This document shows positions 46,413-54,862 of a stretch of DNA of 55,633 bases, piece after piece (within the stretch, counting starts at the first letter, position 1; each line of letters opens with the position of its first letter). The translations under genes were made by a program, and so were the position numbers. A model generated the notes under the pieces. The model was not told where the DNA came from. It searched no databases and saw only the letters and a program-made list of their open reading frames with translations. Source of the stretch: a virus (taxonomy: Duplodnaviria; Caudoviricetes); IMG/VR virus record IMGVR_UViG_3300023109_000031, positions 1 through 55,633 of that record; one strand, 5' to 3'.

Positions 46413-47365
46413 TATGAAGACATCGCATATTCTACAGCTTTTTCTGCTGCTTTAACTTTACGAAGCTGATTACCACCAAACCACTGTGAGTAAAGGCGAG
46501 TATCATCACCACGACCTTGAACATGGTCAGTGATATAGGTAACACTGTTTAGTGCCTGCCACCATGAGCCTTCAGCATACTGAGAACCCGGCTGAGTTTC
46601 AACAATATCGTAAGCTGCTTTTGCTGCACGTGAAATAGTGTCCAAAGTATTGTACTTTGTGTCCACTACACCAGAAGTTCTTGGAAACACTTCATTCAAA
46701 TAGTCGATATAAGAATCAACATTGAAGCGCTTACTACCTAAGAACTGAGCCATTTCTTTGTACTTAGCAAACTTTTCGTGTGCAAGACCAAGAGTTTCTT
46801 TTACAGAATCTGCATTGAATTCTGTACGATGACCAAGCCTTACTGACTTTTCAGCATTAGCATTTAATGACATAGTCAATGTGTTGTTACACACTACACG
46901 AATAGGAGTAAACCTAACGTCAATTGACTTACCATATTGGTGCGGATTAGAGAATAACAAGTATGAGTCAACCTTGTCATCACCAAAGACATCAAATGAT
47001 TCTTTGATTTTAGCCAAAGCCCAAACCATTTGACCATCTCTAAGAGATCCGGCAGTATGCATTTCCATATCGCCTGATTGTACGAATTCAGAAAAGAATT
47101 CAAACGCTGTGTCATTTTGAACCGGATGCCAATTCTCACCGACATTAGTAAGAATACGACCGTCTGATTCGCGGACCAAAGATTTTTGACCGGTTGACAT
47201 TTTCTTGCCATTGAATTCAACATATGAATCCAGTTCACGAACTTTCCAGTCCAATCCAGCTTTTTGCTGCATTTGAGCAGGTGTAAGATCGTTCGATACT
47301 GGAACCCCTAGACCATGCCAAGGTAGTTTGCCAGCGTACGCCATTGTTTCAACTTGATGTGCCAT
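46412..47365 (-). CDS. DUF932 / LGT_TIGR03299-family protein
   Basis: MAH.VETMAYAG..PWHGLG, AGLDW.V, PVQN..AFEFF, TAGSL, TPIRVVCNNTL. Confidence 0.88.
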   Translation of the reverse strand: MAHQVETMAYAGKLPWHGLGVPVSNDLTPAQMQQKAGLDWKVRELDSYVEFNGKKMSTGQKSLVRESDGRILTNVGENWHPVQNDTAFEFFSEFVQSGDMEMHTAGSLRDGQMVWALAKIKESFDVFGDDKVDSYLLFSNPHQYGKSIDVRFTPIRVVCNNTLTMSLNANAEKSVRLGHRTEFNADSVKETLGLAHEKFAKYKEMAQFLGSKRFNVDSYIDYLNEVFPRTSGVVDTKYNTLDTISRAAKAAYDIVETQPGSQYAEGSWWQALNSVTYITDHVQGRGDDTRLYSQWFGGNQLRKVKAAEKAVEYAMSS

Positions 47366-47382
47366 AATATAATTCTCCCTTA

Positions 47383-47658
47383 TTAAGCAGATTTCAATAG
47401 TGATGCAGTGACATTCCATATGCCATCTGCCTTAGTTTTTACACGAATGTTCTTTTTAAGAACTTTGATAACCGTACCACTCATTGAGCCGCGCTTACCA
47501 TTCCATTTAACGCTTTGTCCTACAGTAAAGGACCTAGCAGCACGAGCAACTTTTAGGTTACGTGCATCGTTAAACATTTGAGCAATTTCTTGCATTTGTT
47601 CATCAGATGCTTCGACTAAGAACGCTTGTACTTTAGACATTTCAGATTTATTCAACAT
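47383..47658 (-). CDS. Early SH3-like small protein
   Basis: FTVGQSVKW.GKRG...GTVIKV..KN..V...WNV.ASLL. Confidence 0.65.
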   Translation of the reverse strand: MLNKSEMSKVQAFLVEASDEQMQEIAQMFNDARNLKVARAARSFTVGQSVKWNGKRGSMSGTVIKVLKKNIRVKTKADGIWNVTASLLKSA

Positions 47659-47659
47659 A

Positions 47660-47745
47660 GTTTTTACTTCCTTTTCCATTTTATAGATCTATTATACCAT
47701 AGTTCTTGTCAATTGTAAACCATTAAATGCAATTAAATGCATTTT
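47660..47745 (-). promoter_or_regulatory. Early promoter module
   Basis: TTTACA(47714-19)-17-TATAAT(47691-96); shared leader; TGCA pair. Confidence 0.85.
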
Positions 47746-47758
47746 TTTTCACTTTTTT

Positions 47759-47947
47759 TTATCCAAATTCTGGATGACCGAAATATTCGTGCATCTCAGA
47801 ATTGATTAGGTTATATTCCTCTAGTGCAGAGTCTTTCACCACAGGACCTAGGTCTTTTGACAAGGTTACGAATTCAGCCTTAGAAAGGTTGTAATTCTGT
47901 TGTGCGAATTCCTGTCCTGCATAGACAGCTTGTGACATTTTGCTCAT
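47759..47947 (-). CDS. Hypothetical protein
   Basis: SD GAGGAG, ATGA overlap. Confidence 0.6.
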   Translation of the reverse strand: MSKMSQAVYAGQEFAQQNYNLSKAEFVTLSKDLGPVVKDSALEEYNLINSEMHEYFGHPEFG

Positions 47948-48471
47948 AACATACTCCTCAGTTTTTCAAATTTAGCAATTTGCTTAGTGTAGAAAGCACT
48001 CATCTGATTTTCTAGTTCATCGAACCATTCATCGCGAGTACCTTTGAATTTTGATATTCCATCTTTGTAATTAGACAACTGAAGTTGACCAAGACCAAGA
48101 TTTTGTATCTTTAAGTGATCCCATGAAATACTTTCAATAAGACGATATTCCATATTGACCGGTTGTGCAGACATTCTGTCTACAGGATTAATTATGTAAT
48201 CTACAAACAAATAAGCGATTTCTTTATCTTTATTTTTCTTTAATCGATCTACCGAAATTAAATTCGGCATAGAAAATTCTCTAGAAAGATCTCTAGTTTT
48301 AACATCAATCAATACATCGTTTAATGACACATCCTCGATCGTTCTTACAGACTTAGGACGAATGCCACCTTTCTCAACGATCTGGTCAACGATATCGTTT
48401 TCAATCATATCTGCGATTGCTCGTTGACCAGCGCCGGAAGGAATATCGTAAATTTTATATTCAGCTAGCAT
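47944..48471 (-). CDS. PD-(D/E)xK nuclease-like protein
   Basis: R.IED....IDVKT...FSMPNLIS..RL; NLGLGQLQ. Confidence 0.6.
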   Translation of the reverse strand: MLAEYKIYDIPSGAGQRAIADMIENDIVDQIVEKGGIRPKSVRTIEDVSLNDVLIDVKTRDLSREFSMPNLISVDRLKKNKDKEIAYLFVDYIINPVDRMSAQPVNMEYRLIESISWDHLKIQNLGLGQLQLSNYKDGISKFKGTRDEWFDELENQMSAFYTKQIAKFEKLRSML

Positions 48472-48790
48472 TTTTCCATCCAAGACCAATTTTATCTAAA
48501 GCAACCACTGCGTTAATGCATGCTGCTGCAGCCGGATCGTATCCACCAATTTGCCATACTTTGTTAAGTTCAGCCGGTCCTTCAATTGTATAGTCATAAA
48601 TTGTAGATTGAACTTTTCTACCATCTTCTAATTCAAAGGTGATATTCCATTCAACTTGTGTTTTATCACAACGATCTACGATTGTAGGATAACCGAATGA
48701 CTTAATGATTTGATCAAAGTCAATTTCAAGAGTTCCCATCTTTGAAGAACCTGTAGCGTCAAAACGCTTATTTACTTGAGATAAAATCAT
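48461..48790 (-). CDS. Hypothetical early protein
   Basis: FG.PT...DK..VEW, TIYDY, WQIGG. Confidence 0.65.
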   Translation of the reverse strand: MILSQVNKRFDATGSSKMGTLEIDFDQIIKSFGYPTIVDRCDKTQVEWNITFELEDGRKVQSTIYDYTIEGPAELNKVWQIGGYDPAAAACINAVVALDKIGLGWKNAS

Positions 48791-48792
48791 AT

Positions 48793-49113
48793 TTAAGCTC
48801 CATAAGAATAGTGAATGTCAGAATCAAGTTCGTCAAAACCGAAGTCGGCTACAACATAAGCTTGACAATCTTCAGTACAAAGGATGTCTCCTACTGAAAT
48901 TGAATGCATTCTAGCAAGTCTTTTATATTTAGACTCAGGTCCAATGTTTCCAACTTCGAAAGCTTCATCCAAAGTATTGACAGCAAGTTCAGCAACAGGC
49001 TCATAATGCTCGATATTTTTTTGAATGTCAAATAGATCAGAACCATAGAACATAGGTAATGCTCCAGTCTTTTTCATGATTTCTTTCGACATTTGATATA
49101 CTGTAATGGTCAT
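48793..49113 (-). CDS. YodL-like early protein
   Basis: TVYQ, LDEAF...N, MHSISVGDIL, V...GF. Confidence 0.6.
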   Translation of the reverse strand: MTITVYQMSKEIMKKTGALPMFYGSDLFDIQKNIEHYEPVAELAVNTLDEAFEVGNIGPESKYKRLARMHSISVGDILCTEDCQAYVVADFGFDELDSDIHYSYGA

Positions 49114-49190
49114 AGTTTTTCCTTCCTTTTCCATTTTATAGATATATTATACCACATTTCTTTTCAATTGTAAAGGAAAAAATGCAGTTT
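49113..49190 (-). promoter_or_regulatory. Early promoter module
   Basis: TTTACA(49169-74)-17-TATAAT(49146-51); shared leader. Confidence 0.85.
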
Positions 49191-49203
49191 TTTTCACTTT
49201 TTT

Positions 49204-49476
49204 TTAATTAAATGCAATTAAACTTAATAAGAGACTGTTTAGTGCGAATCCGATCGCATTAGATACAATGTAAAGGGTATCTTTAGCATATATCGCTCTT
49301 ATCAAGAAGAGTACTAATCCAAGCCATATTAGAAGTATGAAGTTCAATGGCGGGAGATTAGTTGACAATCCCATAATGTATGAGATTGATGTCGGAGCCG
49401 TTGCACCGTGGATTAGAATCATTCCAACCCAACCGCAAGTTTCCGGGACATTTATATTTTTTATTTTTTTTATCAT
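49204..49476 (-). CDS. Small 3-TM membrane protein (PQ-loop/SemiSWEET-like)
   Basis: GWVGMILI..AT.P, three hydrophobic helices, D.LYIVSN. Confidence 0.55.
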   Translation of the reverse strand: MIKKIKNINVPETCGWVGMILIHGATAPTSISYIMGLSTNLPPLNFILLIWLGLVLFLIRAIYAKDTLYIVSNAIGFALNSLLLSLIAFN

Positions 49477-49479
49477 AAA

Positions 49480-49606
49480 ATTTCCTTCCTTTTTTATTTT
49501 ATAGTACTATTATACCACAGTTCTTGTCAAAAGTAAAGGAAAAAATGCAATTTAATGCAATTATAAACCTATAGATAACAATGGCTTAGCAAAAAAGTTC
49601 AAATTA
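49480..49606 (-). promoter_or_regulatory. Early promoter module (long form)
   Basis: TTTACT(49532-37)-17-TATAAT(49509-14); IHF-like TAACAATGGCTTA 49576-88; GCAAAAAAGTTCAAATTA block. Confidence 0.85.
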
Positions 49607-49607
49607 A

Positions 49608-50252
49608 ATGCAATTAATAGTTTCAAATCCACGGTATGGATCAACCCATATAACCGAACATGTCCATAGTAAACTAAGAACTCACTGCCGTGTGCACGAA
49701 TTCAAAGGAAGTAAGGAGTTACTATTAGATCCTCCTCTCTGGCGACGACACGCATATGAACGTGACATTGGTAAATGGTCTATTGAAGAAAAGATAAAGT
49801 TTATCGAGGATAAGAAAAAAGATGGAATTGATGTCTTATATAAGCTGCATGCTTTCCATTTGTTTCAGAACGATTGGCTATATGATTGGTTTAAGGAGTT
49901 CTATAAGAATGATGAAATCATAGTTCTTAAGAGAAAAGATCTTTGGAGAGCATTTCTTTCTATGACAGTACATTACCAAGGACATAGTAAATGGCAAAAA
50001 TATAGCCAAGAAGATGAAGAAAACTTTATATTCAAAAGCAAGAACTATAAGTTCTATTATGACAAGATGCTAATGGACAAGTTTTTTTACTATAAGGAGT
50101 GTATAGATAAAGTTGAAGGCAAAGTTATATACTTAGAAGATACACATATTTTCGACAATACAGAAATGAAATGGGATTTAGACTATCACACTTTTTTTAG
50201 CAATGATGATTTACTTGAGATGAGGGCAGATTTCTATGATAGAAGTAATTAA
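49608..50252 (+). CDS. Sulfotransferase-like (Stf0 type)
   Basis: SNPRYGST P-loop, ELL, IIVLKRKD....LS, IYLED. Confidence 0.65.
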   Translation: MQLIVSNPRYGSTHITEHVHSKLRTHCRVHEFKGSKELLLDPPLWRRHAYERDIGKWSIEEKIKFIEDKKKDGIDVLYKLHAFHLFQNDWLYDWFKEFYKNDEIIVLKRKDLWRAFLSMTVHYQGHSKWQKYSQEDEENFIFKSKNYKFYYDKMLMDKFFYYKECIDKVEGKVIYLEDTHIFDNTEMKWDLDYHTFFSNDDLLEMRADFYDRSN

Positions 50253-50886
50253 AGATTTTTATCCAGAAGGCAATCCAGAAGACTGGATTAAAAAGTTCGG
50301 TGATCCACAACCACAAGACTATTATGGCTCATTGGTTGTTGAAGTGACAACAGAAAACCCTACAAGAAGAGAAACACTTAGCGCCAAAAACGATCTACCT
50401 TGGCACCATGATAAAGGGTATCTTACAGACCCGCATAGTCATGTTGCAATCTATTGCGTTGAAGCTAAAAATGCTGGAGCAATCCAGTTTTGTGATATGG
50501 CTGCAGCATATGCAGATGCACCCGAGCATTTGAAAATACAAGAGCTATGTAAGAATAGTGTTAAATTGTTTTTTGAACAACACCCAGATCATCCGTGTAA
50601 TTTTGAATCTGCTGCTACAGAAAGACTTTACAAGAGATCTCATGCTTGGCATAACTTAATTCAAAACAATGAGTACTTTTTCTTCAGTGAAGCTTATACC
50701 GAGTCTGCTCAAAGAGAAGCACTTATAAAGCATTGCTATCAAGACAAATATATAACTACACACGAATATGAAACAGGTGATTTAATCATCTATGACAATT
50801 TGAGAACGTGTCATCGTAGAGATGGTACAGTAACTGGAACAAAAAAACTATTGAGGTTTGCACTAAACAATGTTATGTCATACTAA
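50236..50886 (+). CDS. TauD/TfdA-like dioxygenase
   Basis: LPWHHD, AIYC, FCDMAAAY, GDLIIYDN..TCHRR. Confidence 0.8.
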   Translation: MIEVIKDFYPEGNPEDWIKKFGDPQPQDYYGSLVVEVTTENPTRRETLSAKNDLPWHHDKGYLTDPHSHVAIYCVEAKNAGAIQFCDMAAAYADAPEHLKIQELCKNSVKLFFEQHPDHPCNFESAATERLYKRSHAWHNLIQNNEYFFFSEAYTESAQREALIKHCYQDKYITTHEYETGDLIIYDNLRTCHRRDGTVTGTKKLLRFALNNVMSY

Positions 50887-51388
50887 ATTTGATTTTGATT
50901 ATGAATTATTTCTAAAAGAATACTGGAACTTAAAAGAATATGAAAGAGATTATGCTCGTGGAGGCAAATCAATTTCTAATCTTCGCATGATACGCGATAA
51001 AGATAATAAATCTGAACATGCTAATGCGTTTGCTGACATGATAAAACACATGTTTAGTCTACCCGGCAAAGTTAGTTCTAGATTTATTTTTTTGAAAGCA
51101 AACACTAGCTTACCTGAACATACAGATTCAGATACACAATGTGCTATTAATTTTCTATTGTCAGGCGATGGATACAAACAAGCGCCTGTCATATTCAATG
51201 GTATAGAATACCACTACAAACAAGCGCTACTTAATACTCAAATTCCACACATGGTACACAATGGTCCAATGGATAGGATTCTTTTTAAGGTTTCTATTTT
51301 TGATATGCCTTACACCGAAGTCAAGAATCTTTTTGACTTAAAAGGTTATGTCCAGTCCAGACCACCCATTGGTAGTGTTCATCAATAA
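50870..51388 (+). CDS. 2OG-Fe(II) oxygenase-like
   Basis: LPEHTD....AINF, LLNTQIPHMV.N...RILF. Confidence 0.75.
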   Translation: MLCHTKFDFDYELFLKEYWNLKEYERDYARGGKSISNLRMIRDKDNKSEHANAFADMIKHMFSLPGKVSSRFIFLKANTSLPEHTDSDTQCAINFLLSGDGYKQAPVIFNGIEYHYKQALLNTQIPHMVHNGPMDRILFKVSIFDMPYTEVKNLFDLKGYVQSRPPIGSVHQ

Positions 51389-51851
51389 CATTATAACGAT
51401 TCTTAGAATCTATCTGCCAACCTTTTCCATGATTACGAATTCCTCTATGAATTTTTTTCATAATGACAGGAGTCTTATCTTCTCTTGACATGAAGAAATC
51501 GTGGATTCCAAACTTAATACCAAGATCTATTTGCTGATCAAGCATTTCGTATATTTCCGGCCTAAGTCCTTGAGAATGATTATAGTTCTCATGACCTAGG
51601 CCTTTGCTTTGAGGAGCTGGGAAATACAGTCTAGATAGAACTCTACCCATTCCGTTAAAAACTTTTCTTTCCTGTAATAAACTACAACCAACTGGCTTAT
51701 CATCTTTATAAATTATGCTATAAGCAAGATGCTCAGGTATTTTTTCATAATTACTTTTTAAGCGATTAGAAGAATGTTCTACTGCTTTTTTGAACAGATA
51801 GTCTAAATCACTATTTGTAGTGTGTGAAAAAGATGATGTCACATAATTCAT
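51321..51851 (-). CDS. GNAT-like protein
   Basis: PVGCSLL, GRVLSRLY, MLDQQI, FFMSRE. Confidence 0.45.
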   Translation of the reverse strand: MNYVTSSFSHTTNSDLDYLFKKAVEHSSNRLKSNYEKIPEHLAYSIIYKDDKPVGCSLLQERKVFNGMGRVLSRLYFPAPQSKGLGHENYNHSQGLRPEIYEMLDQQIDLGIKFGIHDFFMSREDKTPVIMKKIHRGIRNHGKGWQIDSKNRYNVIDEHYQWVVWTGHNLLSQKDS

Positions 51852-52356
51852 CGTGACTTAACCCTTTAATTGCGAGTTGTAATAAAACTCTTTTTGATTT
51901 TTTACGATTATCATACCTATGCTTTTCATGCATTACTGGCACTACGGCTTGTTCATATTCAACTCTACCTGATTCAAAATCAGTGTAAGACTTTCCTGTC
52001 AAAAATATATTAACTCTTGAAGCGTTTACACAAAACTTTTCAGGTCTAGTATCAATATGCCATTCGCAGTAATCACTTTCATCATAACCTACGTACCAAC
52101 ATTCATATTCGTAATCGGACAAATCATATGCTGCTAAGAATTTAAGAACTTCTTTATGGGCAATACCAGATTTAAGACGAACGACTGTGTTCTTAGAATA
52201 TCTAGCATATGATTCGTTTTCAACTAAATCGTAATAATGAGTTCCTGCAAGATAACGATGACCTAGCTTTTTGCTAATTCTTTTATCGTAATCTTCTAGT
52301 AAACCTTCACGATTAAAGTCGAAATCAAACGGCTTTGCGGGCGAGACGGAAGACAT
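51811..52356 (-). CDS. 2OG-Fe(II) oxygenase-like
   Basis: EWHID, RVNIFL, HEKHRYDN...RVLLQL. Confidence 0.65.
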   Translation of the reverse strand: MSSVSPAKPFDFDFNREGLLEDYDKRISKKLGHRYLAGTHYYDLVENESYARYSKNTVVRLKSGIAHKEVLKFLAAYDLSDYEYECWYVGYDESDYCEWHIDTRPEKFCVNASRVNIFLTGKSYTDFESGRVEYEQAVVPVMHEKHRYDNRKKSKRVLLQLAIKGLSHDELCDIIFFTHYK

Positions 52357-53176
52357 GTCTATAATCCATTGCTGTTCTGTAAAGAAGTCTATGACCTTTT
52401 ACAGCGTTACGTTTATGTAGGCTATGCCATTGGTCCATAAACAATAAATCTTCTGGCTCCCAATGGTGATGTGCAATATATTTTTCTTGAAACACATGTT
52501 TCATTAAGTATTCATACATTGTTTCCCAAGGTGTAGTATTACCAAACACTTCTTTGATATAATGATGAGACCAATAGATTCCAGGATCTCCATCGAAAGG
52601 ATGCCTGTAGATAATGTTTCGCTTAATGCCATCTTTATAGACACCACGATTTTCAAACATTTCTAATTCTTTATCATCTTCTTGTAAATCGTAAAAGGTT
52701 CCGCGTTCAAACTTATACATGGCTTCTATGTAGTCAACCTCTTCTTTAATTTCAAGAGGTAGATCTCTATAAGCTTGTCTCACATCGCAAAAGCTAGTTA
52801 CACTATCAGTGCCTTCATGTACACAATAAAGTGCTACACAGCTTTCTTTACCTTGGTCTCTACCATTTCCATTAGAATGCCAATCAAGTTCTAAGTCTGC
52901 AAAGATGCCAGTTTTTTCTCCTGATTCATCTCTTTCATTAGTAACTCTCATAAGTTGTGGATAGGATTCATCTGCAAAGAATTCAGCTTTACCTGTTTTA
53001 CGATCAACTGGCATACAAACTCGTCCAATTGCATCGTAAATTCTTACTAGATCTGATTTATCGCAGTTCTGCTTTTTCAGCAAAACAACATTATCTTGAT
53101 GAAGACATTTAGCCCAGCGAGTAATTTCTTCGCTCGACATATCTTTCAACATTATGTCGTGGTTTACTATTTCCAT
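52325..53176 (-). CDS. TauD/TfdA-like dioxygenase (atypical HxN)
   Basis: LDWHSNG, VALYC, TSFCD..AY.DLP, HP, HHW...DLLFMDQ...LHKR, RLLYR. Confidence 0.8.
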   Translation of the reverse strand: MEIVNHDIMLKDMSSEEITRWAKCLHQDNVVLLKKQNCDKSDLVRIYDAIGRVCMPVDRKTGKAEFFADESYPQLMRVTNERDESGEKTGIFADLELDWHSNGNGRDQGKESCVALYCVHEGTDSVTSFCDVRQAYRDLPLEIKEEVDYIEAMYKFERGTFYDLQEDDKELEMFENRGVYKDGIKRNIIYRHPFDGDPGIYWSHHYIKEVFGNTTPWETMYEYLMKHVFQEKYIAHHHWEPEDLLFMDQWHSLHKRNAVKGHRLLYRTAMDYRHVFRLARKAV

Positions 53177-54048
53177 TTTGTATCCTCATTTTGTGAGTAG
53201 TATTCAAAGAACGGTGCTATCTCATATTCGTCTGTTAGTATTCCTCTACGCTTACTACCAGAATCAGGGATGCCATCATCGTCCAAAGTCCAATCAGTTA
53301 TCTTACCGAGTAGACCATTAGGCAATTTGAATATACACGTATTTTTTTCGTTATAACCATTTACCTCAAAGTTAACATCAAACCAACCAAATGAATGTCG
53401 TAAAAGTCCAATCATTTCGTCTATTCTATATGTATATGTGTCAAGATAATTACCTACTTCACCTACAGATTTAACTCTAAGCATAATAGGATATTTTGTC
53501 ATTCTATACTTTTCAGCTAGCTCTATCATATAGTTAGCTAAAGGAACTAATGCGTGTGCATTATCTGGAATCAATATAAAGTTAACATGGGGAATGATTC
53601 TATTCTTAAAACAGTTTTCCAGCGCAGCAATCTTTTGCTTCGCGTATTTACCGTTATCAAGTAGTTTATACATCTCATCATCAAGTCCACCGTTCATGCT
53701 TAAGCCTAACATGTTGATACCGGCTTCTTTTAATTGCTTGACGTATTCTTCTTTTCTTAGTTTAAGACCATTAGTCAAAAGAGACGGACGATGTCCAGAC
53801 TCCCTTGCAATCTTAACTAACTCAAATAGATGAGGATTCATAGTAGGCTCAGCTCCTATAAATCTTATATCACATCTATTTGGTAATTTTTTTAGAGCCA
53901 CTTTCAATCTATTAGGATCAACGTCAATGTACTTATCATTATTAAGCATATCGCCTAAGTAACAATTAGCGCATTTCATTTGACACTTATACGTTGTTTG
54001 TACAGAAATAGTTTTGAACGTGTTATTTTCTGGCTGCAATGCTATCAT
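53167..54048 (-). CDS. Radical SAM enzyme (MoaA/PqqE-like core)
   Basis: TYKCQMKCANCY (CxxxCxxC), GAEPT, LTNG, LSMNG; no C-terminal SPASM cysteines seen. Confidence 0.88.
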   Translation of the reverse strand: MIALQPENNTFKTISVQTTYKCQMKCANCYLGDMLNNDKYIDVDPNRLKVALKKLPNRCDIRFIGAEPTMNPHLFELVKIARESGHRPSLLTNGLKLRKEEYVKQLKEAGINMLGLSMNGGLDDEMYKLLDNGKYAKQKIAALENCFKNRIIPHVNFILIPDNAHALVPLANYMIELAEKYRMTKYPIMLRVKSVGEVGNYLDTYTYRIDEMIGLLRHSFGWFDVNFEVNGYNEKNTCIFKLPNGLLGKITDWTLDDDGIPDSGSKRRGILTDEYEIAPFFEYYSQNEDTKWK

Positions 54049-54338
54049 TCATGCTCACCGCCGTTACCACGACCAAGGCCACCAAAGTATTGTGGTCTAT
54101 GCGTTGCCGCAGCAAATGTACCAACAGTAACTACGATTCCAGCAATAAACAAAATGTGTGCTACTGCACTTAATGCAAACACAGTAACACTACCAACACT
54201 CATTGAAAAAATAATACACCACATCCAAGCCAATATTTGCATGACGAGGTGTCTTGTCTGAAGATCTGGAATATTTCTTAATGGATTTCTACTATCGTCC
54301 ATTACTGAAGTCCAGCTATTTACTATAAATGTTCTCAC
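54045..54338 (-). CDS. Small membrane protein
   Basis: NPLR.IPD...RH.VMQ.LAWMW, two TM helices; SD AAAGGGG. Confidence 0.65.
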   Translation of the reverse strand: MRTFIVNSWTSVMDDSRNPLRNIPDLQTRHLVMQILAWMWCIIFSMSVGSVTVFALSAVAHILFIAGIVVTVGTFAAATHRPQYFGGLGRGNGGEHE

Positions 54339-54363
54339 GGGATAAACCCCTTTCTCAAATTAA

Positions 54364-54499
54364 GTTGCCGAGATTCTGTTTCGAGGCTCTCGGCGGGCCC
54401 AGTAGTTTATGCCGCGATGGCGTAATCTACAGGAGCAAAGTTATCGTTTGCATTTACTCTATTGAAGACTCCAACACCAGTCGATCCTATTTCGCCCCC
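54364..54499 (-). ncRNA. ssrA: Two-piece (permuted) tmRNA, coding piece; tag ANDNFAPVDYAIAA* at 54451-54407
   Basis: 5' GGGGGCGAAATAGGATCGAC; resume context TAAAT-GCA-AAC-GAT-AAC; 3' GGGCCCGCCGAGAGCCTCGAAACAGAATCTCGGC pseudoknot. Confidence 0.9.
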
Positions 54500-54500
54500 A

Positions 54501-54689
54501 TCATAAAGACACTGAATTCACTGGTTTACAGATATATTCAACTGTGTCCCAAGATCCATCAGCTGGCACTTCTACGTATTCTACAAGCATAGTTTCACAC
54601 TTTGCTTTTGTTTCAAACCATTGTACATCTTGTTCTAAGCAGGTCGAGCCTGAACAAACTGTTAATAGTATATGCCAAATTATTTCCAT
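54501..54689 (-). CDS. 62-aa four-Cys protein inside the tmRNA intervening segment (YebW/DUF1482-like pattern)
   Basis: SD AAGGA right after the CCA; W.ILLTVC...C....F.T...C...C.P; stop ends 1 nt before the coding piece. Confidence 0.7.
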   Translation of the reverse strand: MEIIWHILLTVCSGSTCLEQDVQWFETKAKCETMLVEYVEVPADGSWDTVEYICKPVNSVSL

Positions 54690-54704
54690 CGTTCAATGTC
54701 CTTA

Positions 54705-54764
54705 TGGTGGAGGCGCCGGGTACTGCCCCCGGGTCCTGTATATCTTCTAAACATCTTCAACTTT
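54705..54764 (-). ncRNA. ssrA: Two-piece tmRNA, acceptor piece
   Basis: GGACCCGGGGGCAGTACCCGGCGCCTCCACCA; CGCCTCC pairs with GGGGGCG giving G3:U70; 5' end approximate. Confidence 0.9.
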
Positions 54765-54799
54765 ATTTATATTATACCACAAGTAAAGCTACATGTAAA
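54764..54799 (-). promoter_or_regulatory. Overlapping early and late promoters for tmRNA
   Basis: TTTACA(54794-99)-17-TATAAT(54771-76) plus TATAAATA 54764-71. Confidence 0.75.
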
Positions 54800-54862
54800 G
54801 GCTTTTTTTTATAAATAGTGGCAGATATAGAAGAAAACTTCTTATTTAGAGGACAAACGCCT

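Noticed and set aside
15003-49140. Conserved MEKE(G/V) N-terminal peptide on several early ORFs
   Set aside because: It is the translated promoter leader/SD; in frame at three genes but stopped or out of frame at 15003, 16101 and 31975, so not a protein motif.
54329-54592. 87-aa + strand ORF, and 54544-54814 ORFs
   Set aside because: Antisense to the tmRNA and its internal ORF; no coding features.
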